From the NCBI GenBank assembly GCA_009379895.1, contig WHSW01000006.1, forward strand, positions 21,579 to 45,578: DNA of 24,000 bases. The letters are read 5' to 3'. The first letter of the stretch is position 1. Every line of letters begins with the position of its first letter. The notes under the pieces were generated by a model. That model ran no database searches. It saw nothing but the letters and a program-made list of their open reading frames with translations, and was not told where the DNA came from. The position numbers were made by a program, and so were the translations under genes. Positions 7,286-14,918 of this stretch are shown here, in pieces. Source of the stretch: Solirubrobacterales bacterium (lineage in GTDB: Bacteria > Actinomycetota > Thermoleophilia > Solirubrobacterales > 70-9).

Positions 7286-8653
7286 TTATCGGTCGACCCC
7301 GCCGAGGATCGGATCGAGCATCGCCAGGTTCGAGATCAGGTCGGCGATGTAGCCGCCGACGCACATCTCGCGCAGTGCCTGCATGTGGACGAAGGACGGG
7401 TCGCGGATGTGCACCCGGGCGGGCTTCGCCGAGCCGTCGGCGAGCACGAAGGCGCCGAGCTCGCCGCGCGGCGACTCGACCGGGTAGTAGGCCTCGCCCG
7501 GGGGCACGCGAAAGCCCTCGGTGACGAGCTTGAAGTGGTGGATCAGCGCCTCCATCGAGATCGAGAGCTCGTCGCGTGGCGGGAGCACGACCTTGCGGTC
7601 GTCGGCGACGAACGGGCCCTCGGGCAGCCCGTCGAGGCACTGCTCGATGATCCGCACCGACTCGCGCATCTCCTGCAGGCGAACCCGGTAGCGGTCGTAG
7701 CCGTCGCCGACCGTGCCGACCGGGATCTTGAAGTCGAGGTCGGCGTAGCAGAGGTCGGGTTGGGCGCGGCGCAGGTCCCACGGCTCGCCGGCGGCGCGCA
7801 GCAGCGGGCCGGTGACGCCGAGCTCGAGCAATCGCTCGCGCGAGACGATGCCGACCCCCTTGGTGCGCCGCAGGAAGATCTCGTTGCGGTCGAGCAGGGC
7901 TCGATACTGCTCGAGCCGCACGACCATGTCGGCGCAGAACTCGCGGACCTTTCGCTCGAAGCCCGCCGGGATGTCCTCGAAGACGCCGCCGACCTGGAAG
8001 TAGCGAGTGTGCATGCGCTGGCCCGACGACATCTCGAACAGGTCGAGGATCTTGTCGCGCTCGCGAAAGCAGTACCAGAACATCGAGATCGCGCCGAGGT
8101 CGAGCGCCGAGGTGCCGAGCCAGACCAGGTGCGAGTGGATCCGGTTGAGCTCGAGGTGGATGACGCGCAGATACTGCGCGCGGGGCGGCAGCTCGAGCTC
8201 GAGCAGGGTCTCGACCGCGCCGCAGTACGCCTGCATGTTCGAGAAGTAGGAGAGGTAGTCCATCCGCTCGACGAACGGGATCACCTTCCAGTAGCTCTGG
8301 TCCTCGCACGACTTCTCGATCCCGGTGTGGAGGTAGCCGATGATCGGCTTGAGGTCGATCACCACCTCGCCCTGCAGGCTGACCAGCAGCCGCAGCACCC
8401 CGTGCGTGGCGGGGTGGTGCGGGCCCATGTTGACGGTCATCAGCTCCTGCTCGGCGCCGGCCGCCGCCCCGGCCTCGGTGCGCTCGATCGGCGAGCTGCC
8501 GACCACCGTCGCCGCCGTCTCGGCGGGCAGGTCCGCCGGGGTGTCGCCCCCACCGCCGGTCGGCACCGGACGCCGAGGGTCGTCGGTCCTGCCGCCACCC
8601 GCCGGCACCGGACGCGGAGCGGAGGATGCCGGCGGCTTTGTGCCGGGGCTCAC
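7286..8653 (-). CDS. nuoD: NADH-quinone oxidoreductase subunit D (49-kDa), with a repeat-containing N-terminal extension
   Basis: The core runs from MTVNMGPHHPATHGVLRL to ILGGVDR. I propose the GTG at 8653, which overlaps the nuoC TGA (GTGA); GC3 stays high through 8440..8653. The exact start is uncertain, and in-frame GTG or ATG codons further downstream are possible. Confidence 0.85.
   Translation of the reverse strand: MSPGTKPPASSAPRPVPAGGGRTDDPRRPVPTGGGGDTPADLPAETAATVVGSSPIERTEAGAAAGAEQELMTVNMGPHHPATHGVLRLLVSLQGEVVIDLKPIIGYLHTGIEKSCEDQSYWKVIPFVERMDYLSYFSNMQAYCGAVETLLELELPPRAQYLRVIHLELNRIHSHLVWLGTSALDLGAISMFWYCFRERDKILDLFEMSSGQRMHTRYFQVGGVFEDIPAGFERKVREFCADMVVRLEQYRALLDRNEIFLRRTKGVGIVSRERLLELGVTGPLLRAAGEPWDLRRAQPDLCYADLDFKIPVGTVGDGYDRYRVRLQEMRESVRIIEQCLDGLPEGPFVADDRKVVLPPRDELSISMEALIHHFKLVTEGFRVPPGEAYYPVESPRGELGAFVLADGSAKPARVHIRDPSFVHMQALREMCVGGYIADLISNLAMLDPILGGVDR
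8551..8632. repeat. Tandem ~42-nt repeat in the nuoD 5' region, including a copy of the nuo intragenic repeat
   Basis: ggcaccggacgc occurs at 8562..8573 and 8604..8615. It encodes RPVPAGGGRTDDPR-RPVPTGGGGDTPAD. Positions 8608..8626 (ccggacgcggagcggagga) match the nuoF copy 18/19. Confidence 0.7.
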
Positions 8654-9195
8654 TCGGTCCACCCCGGGACGATGCGCTCGTCGTGGGTGAAGATCACCGG
8701 CTCGCCGCCGATCGGGAAGTCGCGCCGGTGGGGCCAGCCAACGTAGACCTCGGGCAGCAGGATGCGGCGCAGGTCGGGGTGGCCGCGAAAGACGATCCCG
8801 AAGAAGTCGTAGACCTCGCGCTCGTGGAACTCGGCGGTGGGAAACAGCTCCACGCAGGAGTCGATGGCGGGGAGGGCGTCCGCACCGTCGCCGTTTGCCG
8901 CGGGGTCTGGGAGGGCCGCGCGGACGCGCAGGCGCTCGACGCGATCGCGGTTGAGCAGCTCGTAGACGACCCCGAAGCGCGGCGCGGCGGGCAGGTAGTC
9001 GACCCCGTGCAGGCTGGAGAGGAAGTCGTAGCGCTGGCCGGGCGTGTCGCGCAGCCAGCGCAGCACGTCGAGCACCTGCTCGGGGTCGACGATCAGGCAG
9101 GCCTGGTCGTGCTCGTGGTAGGTGGCGAGCACCGAGTCGGGGTGGGCGTCGCGGAGCTCGCCCGCGATCAGCTCGAGGCCGGGTGAGTCGGGCAT
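8650..9195 (-). CDS. nuoC: NADH-quinone oxidoreductase subunit C (30-kDa)
   Basis: 181 aa with the NuoC core (YDFLSSLHGVDY...FGVVYELL...PTAEFHEREVYDFFGIVFRGHPDLRRILLP). ATG 9195 shares one nt with the nuoB TGA (TGATG). Confidence 0.9.
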   Translation of the reverse strand: MPDSPGLELIAGELRDAHPDSVLATYHEHDQACLIVDPEQVLDVLRWLRDTPGQRYDFLSSLHGVDYLPAAPRFGVVYELLNRDRVERLRVRAALPDPAANGDGADALPAIDSCVELFPTAEFHEREVYDFFGIVFRGHPDLRRILLPEVYVGWPHRRDFPIGGEPVIFTHDERIVPGWTE

Positions 9196-9968
9196 CAGCC
9201 GAACCCGGCCCCGCGCGGCCCCTCACCGCCGCCGGCGCCCTCGGGCCCGGTGCTCTCGACGGTTCGCGCCACCACCTGGCGTGCCCGGCCGTAGGCGGCC
9301 TCCGACGCCTCGGACGGTTGGCCGGCGATCACGTCGTCGCGCGCCCACTCCTCGGTGCCGATCGCGTTGTAGCGACGCCGCCAACCCTGGTCTGGATTGC
9401 CCATGATCGCCCGCTGGAGCTTGGTGAACCCGTAGAGCAGGGCCTCGGGCCGTGGCGGGCAGCCGGGGATGTGGATGTCGACCGGCATGAACTTGTCGGC
9501 GCCCTGGACGACCGCGTAGTTGGCGAACATGCCGCCCGACGACGAGCACGCGCCCATCGAGATCGCCCAGCGCGGCTCGAGCATCTGGTCGTAGACGCGC
9601 CGGACGACCGGCGCCATCTTGATCGAGACCCGGCCCGAGAGGATGATGAAGTCGGCCTGGCGGGGCGAGGCGCGAAACGCCTCGGCGCCGAAGCGGGCGA
9701 TGTCGTAGCGCGAGGTGACCATCGCCATCATCTCGATCGCGCAGCACGCGAGCCCGAAGGTCATCGGGAACATCGAGTTCGATGCCCCCCAGCGCAGCAC
9801 CTTGTCGAGCGTCGTCGTCATCACCGACTGCTCGACGTGCTCGGTGAGCTCGTCGTCGTCGAGGTCACCGCGCAGCAGGTCGCGGGCGCGAAGCTGGCGC
9901 ACCCGCAGGTGCTCGGGTGAGCCCGGCTCGCTCAGCGGCGAGAGCCGCCGCAGCTTCTCCCGCCTCAC
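9195..9968 (-). CDS. nuoB: NADH-quinone oxidoreductase subunit B (N2 4Fe-4S), with N- and C-terminal extensions
   Basis: Core motifs FGLACCAIEMM, RWAISMGACSSSGGMF and IPGCPPRPEAL. The GTG at 9968 overlaps the nuoA TGA (GTGA), and 46 of 49 codons between 9968 and 9822 end in G/C, supporting coding. Alternative starts are GTG 9902, GTG 9824 and ATG 9821. Confidence 0.85.
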   Translation of the reverse strand: MRREKLRRLSPLSEPGSPEHLRVRQLRARDLLRGDLDDDELTEHVEQSVMTTTLDKVLRWGASNSMFPMTFGLACCAIEMMAMVTSRYDIARFGAEAFRASPRQADFIILSGRVSIKMAPVVRRVYDQMLEPRWAISMGACSSSGGMFANYAVVQGADKFMPVDIHIPGCPPRPEALLYGFTKLQRAIMGNPDQGWRRRYNAIGTEEWARDDVIAGQPSEASEAAYGRARQVVARTVESTGPEGAGGGEGPRGAGFG

Positions 9969-10360
9969 CTCCAATCGAGCGCCCCCCTGCGCCAGACGTA
10001 GATCAGCGCGACCAACAGCAGGGCGATGAAGATCACGACTTCGACCAGGATGAAGACCGAGTCCGCGGCGTTGATCAGCACCCCGACCGGATAGAGGAAG
10101 ACGACCTCGATGTCGAAGAGGATGAACAGCATCGCGATCATGTAGAAGCTGACCCCGAAGCGGAATGTCCGCGAGACCTCGCTCGGCAGCCCGCACTCGT
10201 ACGGGTCACTCTTGGTCGCGCGGCCGCGGGCCTTGTTGCCGATGAGATGGTTCAGGAACGCGAACGCACCACCGATGGTGACGCCGATGCCGACGAAGAC
10301 GAGGACGGGCAGGTAACCGTGCAGCATTGGGGGGCCGAGTTGTATCCGACTTTGTGTCAC
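9965..10360 (-). CDS. nuoA: NADH-quinone oxidoreductase subunit A
   Basis: NuoA/ND3-like protein (DPYECGLP...FGVSFYMIAMLFILFDIEVVFLYP). It is the first gene of the operon. The GTG at 10360 may be leaderless; ATG 10327 (MLHGYLPVL) is an alternative. Confidence 0.88.
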   Translation of the reverse strand: MTQSRIQLGPPMLHGYLPVLVFVGIGVTIGGAFAFLNHLIGNKARGRATKSDPYECGLPSEVSRTFRFGVSFYMIAMLFILFDIEVVFLYPVGVLINAADSVFILVEVVIFIALLLVALIYVWRRGALDWR

Positions 10361-10423
10361 CTTGCTACATAGTGTTGTTCCGCATCAGAAAGCGGAATTC
10401 CGACCTCCTGAGGCGGGTTTTGG

Positions 10424-10900
10424 GTGGCGCCGCGCCGGTCGGCCGCGCCGCCGGCTGAGGCGATGGAGACCCTGCACCTGATCGTCGGCGTCGCGGTGAT
10501 CGCGAGCAACCTGCTGGCCGGCGCCTGGGGCGGCGTGGCCTGGCTTCGCAATCGGCCCAGCGTCGCGTTCTGGTACCTGCTGCGCATCGCCCAGGGGAGC
10601 GTCGTCGTCCAGGTGGTCCTCGGCACGGCGCTGCTCGTCCTCGGCCACGAGGCGCCCGACGGACTGCACTACCTCTACGGCCTGCTGCCCCTCGTCGTCA
10701 CGCTGCTCGCCGAGGGCGCCCGAGTCGGGGCCGCCGAGCGCGAGCTCTCGGGCCTCGACTTCGAATCGCTGCCCAGCGACCGCCAGCGGCTGTTCGCGCT
10801 CGCGATCGTCCGCCGCGAGACCGGGATCATGGCCGTCTCGGCGCTGCTCGTCCTGTTCCTCGCGCTGCGCGCGGCAGGGACCAGCGGCGAGCTGCTGTAG
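10424..10900 (+). CDS. Hypothetical integral membrane protein (about 4 TM helices)
   Basis: Hydrophobic segments LHLIVGVAVIASNLLAGAW, VVVQVVLGTALLVLG, LYGLLPLVVTLLAEG and IMAVSALLVLFLAL, with high GC3 from the GTG at 10424. ATG 10463 is an alternative start. I recognise no family. Confidence 0.6.
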   Translation: MAPRRSAAPPAEAMETLHLIVGVAVIASNLLAGAWGGVAWLRNRPSVAFWYLLRIAQGSVVVQVVLGTALLVLGHEAPDGLHYLYGLLPLVVTLLAEGARVGAAERELSGLDFESLPSDRQRLFALAIVRRETGIMAVSALLVLFLALRAAGTSGELL

Positions 10901-10934
10901 CTCTAGCGGGCGTCCAAGCGGTCTGCGTTCGCGC

Positions 10935-11357
10935 TCAGGTGCAGGCGTCCAGGGGCAGGTGGGCGCGATCGTTCGAGCCCGGGGCGCTGATCGTCGCGCG
11001 CGTGAACACGGTCCGGTCGCCGCATCCGCTCCGCGGTCGCGACAGGGTCACCCGCGCGGGGGTCGGGCCGACCATGTTGACCACGTTCTTTCCCTTCGCC
11101 CGCGCCCGCCGCTTACCCCACGACTTCCAGCGCAGCTTGATCATGTCGACCGTGTTGTAGCCGAAGGGCTCCTGGTTTCGGTGTACGAAGGTGCACTTGC
11201 GCGGCTGCGAGCGCAGGTTGAAGCGGGCCTCTCCGTCATGGCCGTAGCTCACGCAGACGACGCGGTTCGAGCTCTCCCGCGCGGCCGGCGCCGAGCCGCC
11301 GAGAACCGCGACCAGCACGGCCGCTCCGAGCAGCACCAACGCCAACGACTTCTTCAT
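10935..11357 (-). CDS. Hypothetical small secreted protein (signal peptide, 4 Cys, basic)
   Basis: ATG 11357 is preceded by GAGGTGGG. The signal peptide is MKKSLALVLLGAAVLVAVLGGSAPA. The mature ~115-aa basic protein has Cys residues that could form two disulfides. GC looks slightly lower than in flanking genes. I recognise no family. Confidence 0.6.
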   Translation of the reverse strand: MKKSLALVLLGAAVLVAVLGGSAPAARESSNRVVCVSYGHDGEARFNLRSQPRKCTFVHRNQEPFGYNTVDMIKLRWKSWGKRRARAKGKNVVNMVGPTPARVTLSRPRSGCGDRTVFTRATISAPGSNDRAHLPLDACT

Positions 11358-11415
11358 CCAACCCACCTCGCTGTCTCCGCTCCCCCGAGCGGGCGACGTT
11401 AGCGCAGGCCGGCCG

Positions 11416-13581
11416 TCAGCGGTTGCGCGCCAGCTCGGCCGCGAACCAGACCGAGAGCCCGCCCGCCGCGCCGCGAAGCGCTCGGGACAGGCGCGGATCG
11501 ATCGCCGGTGAGCCGCTGGCCTGAGTGGCGGCCACCCAGGTCAGGCCGGCGCTCAGGCCGAGGGCCACCGCGCGCCCCGCGCGGACGACCTTCTGCTCGA
11601 GGCGCTGCGAGGTGAACCGGACCTCGAGCTGGCGGCCGGGGCGGCTGCCGACCACGGTCGCCAGGCCCTCCGAGATCTGCGCGGCCCGGTAGCGCAGGCG
11701 CTCGGCCTCGTAGACGAGCTGCTGCGGATCGAGCCTGTCGACGAACCGGCGGGAGATGCTGCGCACGAAGAAGCGCCGCGCCTCCTCGACCGGGTCGAGC
11801 TCCGGCGCGAGCGCGGACACCGCGCCGTCGACCTGGGCCAGCGCCTTGCCGACCATCACGAAGGCGGGCGGCAGCGGCACCCCGTGGCGGACCGAGATCA
11901 TGGTCAGCTGGTTGAGCAGCTCGACGAGCTGGATCTCCTGCAGCGAGCGCCCGCGCAGCCCGCCCATCACCTCCGCGATGTCGCGTCGGTACTCGTCGAC
12001 CTGCAGCTCGTGGTCATCATCGACGCCGCCGAGGTCGAGCGAGACGTCGGCGAGCAGGTCGACGTCGCCCTGGGCGAACGCGAGCAGCAGCAGGAACAGC
12101 TGGCGCCGCGTCTGCGCGTCGAGGCGGCCGACCATGCCGAGGTCGAGCAGCCAGATCGCCCCGTCCGCCCACAGCAGGTTGCCCGGGTGCGGGTCGGCGT
12201 GAAAGAAGCCCTCCTCGAGCACCTGCTTGTAGTAGGCCTGCATGAGCTGGCGCGCCGCCTCGGTGCGCTCCGGGCCCTCGGGGGCCTCGAGCAAGGGGAC
12301 GCCGTCGACGACCTCGTCCATGACCAGCAGCCGGCTGGTCGAGAGCTCCCGGTGGCAGGCCGGGACGGCGATCCGGTCGTAGGCTCCGACGATCTCTCCC
12401 ATGCGCACGATGTTGTGCGCCTCCTCGCCGAAGTCCAGCTCGGCGCGCAGGGCGGCGGAGATCTGGTCGGCGAGCGACGGCACGTCGATGACCCGGCGCA
12501 GGCGGCCCGAACGCGAGGCCGGGCGGACGATCAGATCGAGCAGCGCCAGGTCGCGCTCAACGATGGTCTCGGCCTCGGGCCGCTGGACCTTGACCACGAC
12601 GCGGTGCCCGTCCGCCATCCGAGCCCGGTGAACCTGGCCGATCGTGCCGGCCGCCAGCGGCTCGGGATCGATCGAGGAGAACACGTCCTCCCACGGGACC
12701 GCGAGCTCGCGCTCCATCATCGCCACCACCTCGGCCTCCGACATCGGCGGCACGCTCGATTGCAGCGCGGCGAGCTCGGCGATGTACTCCTCGGAGATCA
12801 GGTCCGTCCGGGTGGAGAGGATCTGGCCGAGCTTGCCGAAGGTCGGGCCGAGCTGCTCGAACGCCTCGCGCAGGTGCCGCGGCGCCTCCGGGTCGCCGCC
12901 GAGGCGCAGCATGCGGCCCGAGAGCTGGCGCACCCCGAGCGGCCCCAGGATCCGGCCGATCTCGCGCGCGCGCGCCCTCAACGCACCGGAATCCGGCTCC
13001 TGCTCGGCGACGGGCTCGCCGGTGGCGGTGTTGACGACGACGACCGTGCAGGCGGCGAGGTGGGTGACGCGGTTGGCGACGTTGCCGAGCAGGAACTGCT
13101 TGCGGCCGCGCATCCCCGAGCTTCCGATGACGACCACGTCCGCGCCGGCCCGCTTGGCCGCGTCGAGGATGACGACGGCGACGTCGTCGCCGGTCTCGAC
13201 AACCGCGCGGGCGCTGAGCCCCTGGGCGGGCAGCTCGTTCTCCAGCGCCTCACGCATCGTCGCCCGCTCGCCGGCGGCGAGCTCGTCCGCCGCTCGGACG
13301 TCGGCCGGCTCGCCGATCGGCGCGGCGTCGGCGTCGGCCGGGGTCGCGCCGTTCTCGCGGCGACCGGAGTCCGCCGTGGCGGCGCCCGGTGTCGGCGCGA
13401 CCACCCGGATCGCCACCAGCTCGGCGCCGATCGAGCGGGCGAAGCTGGCCGCCCATTCGACCGCGACCGCCGCCCCGGCGCTGCCGTCGGTCGCGACCGC
13501 GACCAGGCCCGCCGGGGCGGTGCGACGGGGGCCCTGAGCACCGCCGGAGATCGGTGCCGGCCGAGCAGCCTCGCCGCTCAT
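11416..13581 (-). CDS. Universal stress protein domain fused to an ABC1/UbiB-family atypical kinase, with a C-terminal membrane segment
   Basis: The N-terminus is USP-like ([20 protein letters not shown]...[49 protein letters not shown]). The centre is ABC1/UbiB-like ([36 protein letters not shown]...[13 protein letters not shown]...[11 protein letters not shown]...[13 protein letters not shown]...[10 protein letters not shown]). ATG 13581 overlaps the upstream stop (ATGA). Confidence 0.85.
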   Translation of the reverse strand: MSGEAARPAPISGGAQGPRRTAPAGLVAVATDGSAGAAVAVEWAASFARSIGAELVAIRVVAPTPGAATADSGRRENGATPADADAAPIGEPADVRAADELAAGERATMREALENELPAQGLSARAVVETGDDVAVVILDAAKRAGADVVVIGSSGMRGRKQFLLGNVANRVTHLAACTVVVVNTATGEPVAEQEPDSGALRARAREIGRILGPLGVRQLSGRMLRLGGDPEAPRHLREAFEQLGPTFGKLGQILSTRTDLISEEYIAELAALQSSVPPMSEAEVVAMMERELAVPWEDVFSSIDPEPLAAGTIGQVHRARMADGHRVVVKVQRPEAETIVERDLALLDLIVRPASRSGRLRRVIDVPSLADQISAALRAELDFGEEAHNIVRMGEIVGAYDRIAVPACHRELSTSRLLVMDEVVDGVPLLEAPEGPERTEAARQLMQAYYKQVLEEGFFHADPHPGNLLWADGAIWLLDLGMVGRLDAQTRRQLFLLLLAFAQGDVDLLADVSLDLGGVDDDHELQVDEYRRDIAEVMGGLRGRSLQEIQLVELLNQLTMISVRHGVPLPPAFVMVGKALAQVDGAVSALAPELDPVEEARRFFVRSISRRFVDRLDPQQLVYEAERLRYRAAQISEGLATVVGSRPGRQLEVRFTSQRLEQKVVRAGRAVALGLSAGLTWVAATQASGSPAIDPRLSRALRGAAGGLSVWFAAELARNR

Positions 13582-13928
13582 GCCGCCGTCGGCACGGTCG
13601 GGGCCCGGTCGTTCGGCGGGATGGCGAGCGGGGCGCGCAGGGAGAGCGACCAGACGCGGATCCTGCGCTCGCGGCCACGCACCTCGAGGTCGCCGACCAG
13701 GGTCAGACCGTCGGCCGCGCGCCGCAGCGCCCGGCGGGTGGAGTCGGCGATGAAGAGCTCGTGCGCGGTGCCCTTCGTCATCCCCTCGAGCCTCGAGGCG
13801 GTGTTGACCGTGTCGCCGATCGTCGTGTACTCCATCCTTCGCATCGAGCCGACCCGTCCCGACATCACCTCGCCCGTGTTCAGGCCGATCCCCATCCGCA
13901 ATCCCTCACCGTACCCGCCGTCGCGCAT
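13578..13928 (-). pseudogene. Remnant of a class III adenylate/guanylate cyclase: C-terminal half of the catalytic domain only
   Basis: [44 protein letters not shown]...[11 protein letters not shown]...[17 protein letters not shown] matches the second half of the cyclase homology domain. The first in-frame ATG is at 13928, 4 nt after the flavin reductase stop. The upstream space is filled by a complete, unrelated gene in another frame. Confidence 0.7.
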
Positions 13929-13932
13929 CCAG

Positions 13933-14442
13933 TCACTGATGCCGCCCGTCGAGCGGGCGGTACCCGCCGCCGAAGAAGACCAGCGGGTCGCCGCCGTCGG
14001 CGCCCAGCTCGAGCGCCTCGCCGACCGCGATCTCGTGGTCGCCGCCGTCGTGCGCGTCGCGCAGCCGGCAGGCGACCCAGGCGACCGCGCCATCGAGGAT
14101 CGGCACCCCGGCGCGCTGCTCGAAGGCGACCTCGCGGAACTTCTCGGCGTGGGAGGCCTTCGAGGCGAAGGCGCGCGCGAGGTCGCCCTGGCCGGCCGCC
14201 AGGACGCTGACGCCGAAGGCACCCGTCTCGCGGACCACGGTCAGGGTGCGCGAGCCACGGTCCAGGCAGGCGAGGACGAGCGGCGGGTCCAGCGACAGCG
14301 AGGTCACCGCGTTGGCGGTCGCGCCCGCCGGCCCCTGCGGGCCGCCGGCGCTGACGATCGTCACCCCGGTGGGCAGGCGCGCCATCGCGCAGCGGAACTC
14401 GTCGGGGCTCGGGGCATCCACTACCGGTGAGCGATACCACAC
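13933..14442 (-). CDS. Flavin reductase-like (FMN-binding split-barrel) protein
   Basis: Typical domain: [51 protein letters not shown]...GAFGVSVL...[13 protein letters not shown]...[10 protein letters not shown]...PLVFFGGGY. The start is uncertain: GTG 14442 or GTG 14421. Confidence 0.8.
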   Translation of the reverse strand: MWYRSPVVDAPSPDEFRCAMARLPTGVTIVSAGGPQGPAGATANAVTSLSLDPPLVLACLDRGSRTLTVVRETGAFGVSVLAAGQGDLARAFASKASHAEKFREVAFEQRAGVPILDGAVAWVACRLRDAHDGGDHEIAVGEALELGADGGDPLVFFGGGYRPLDGRHQ

Positions 14443-14489
14443 CGGGGCCGGCCCGCGCCCGCGTCGATCTCCGACCCGCGGCCGGAAGT

Positions 14490-14918
14490 ATGATGCCGCC
14501 GGTCTTGCGCAAGTTCCCCTTACCGACGGCGGCAGTCGCTGCCGCGCTCCTCCTCGGCGCCTGCGGCTCGGAGGGCATCGAGGTCTCGCAGGGCGACCCG
14601 GAGTACGACGGGGCGGTGCTCTTCGCCGAGCGCTGCTCGGGTTGTCACACGCTGAGCGCGGCCGGCACCGAGGGGTCGGCCAACCGCGCGCTGCGCAACC
14701 AGGGGCCGAACCTCAACGAGCGGATCGAGAGCCACGAGGACGTCCTCTACGCGATCCGCAACGGCGGCTTCTCGGGCGCGATCATGCCCCAGAACATCGT
14801 CGTCGGAGACGAGGCCGAGGCGGTTGCGGCGTTCGTCGCCAAGCACGCGGGCTCGGAGGTCGACCGCCCGCCGCAACCTGGCGAGGAAAGCAGCGCCTCC
14901 GCCTCCGACGCCCCCTAG
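14490..14918 (+). CDS. Class I c-type cytochrome, probable lipoprotein
   Basis: The signal peptide has a lipobox (AAVAAALLLGAC|GS). There is a CSGCH heme-binding motif and a distal Met candidate (GAIMPQN), plus a low-complexity C-terminal tail. Tandem ATGs at 14490/14493 follow GGAAG. The GTG at 14427 in the track ORF would overlap the divergent gene. Confidence 0.8.
   Translation: MMPPVLRKFPLPTAAVAAALLLGACGSEGIEVSQGDPEYDGAVLFAERCSGCHTLSAAGTEGSANRALRNQGPNLNERIESHEDVLYAIRNGGFSGAIMPQNIVVGDEAEAVAAFVAKHAGSEVDRPPQPGEESSASASDAP

Noticed and set aside
10353-10369. Possible Rex (redox repressor) operator at the nuoA start: TGTGTCACCTTGCTACA versus the TTGTGAA-N4-TTCACAA type consensus known upstream of nuoA in Streptomyces.
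   Set aside because: Only the outer TGT...ACA and a few inner positions are symmetric, and the half-sites do not match TGTGAA/TTCACA. This is too weak to call without a position weight matrix scan.
10898-10906. In-frame tandem stops (TAG-CTC-TAG) after the 10424..10900 gene.
   Set aside because: Two stops within three codons are unremarkable. They are noted only because the second forms part of a CTAGCGG heptamer also seen near serS.
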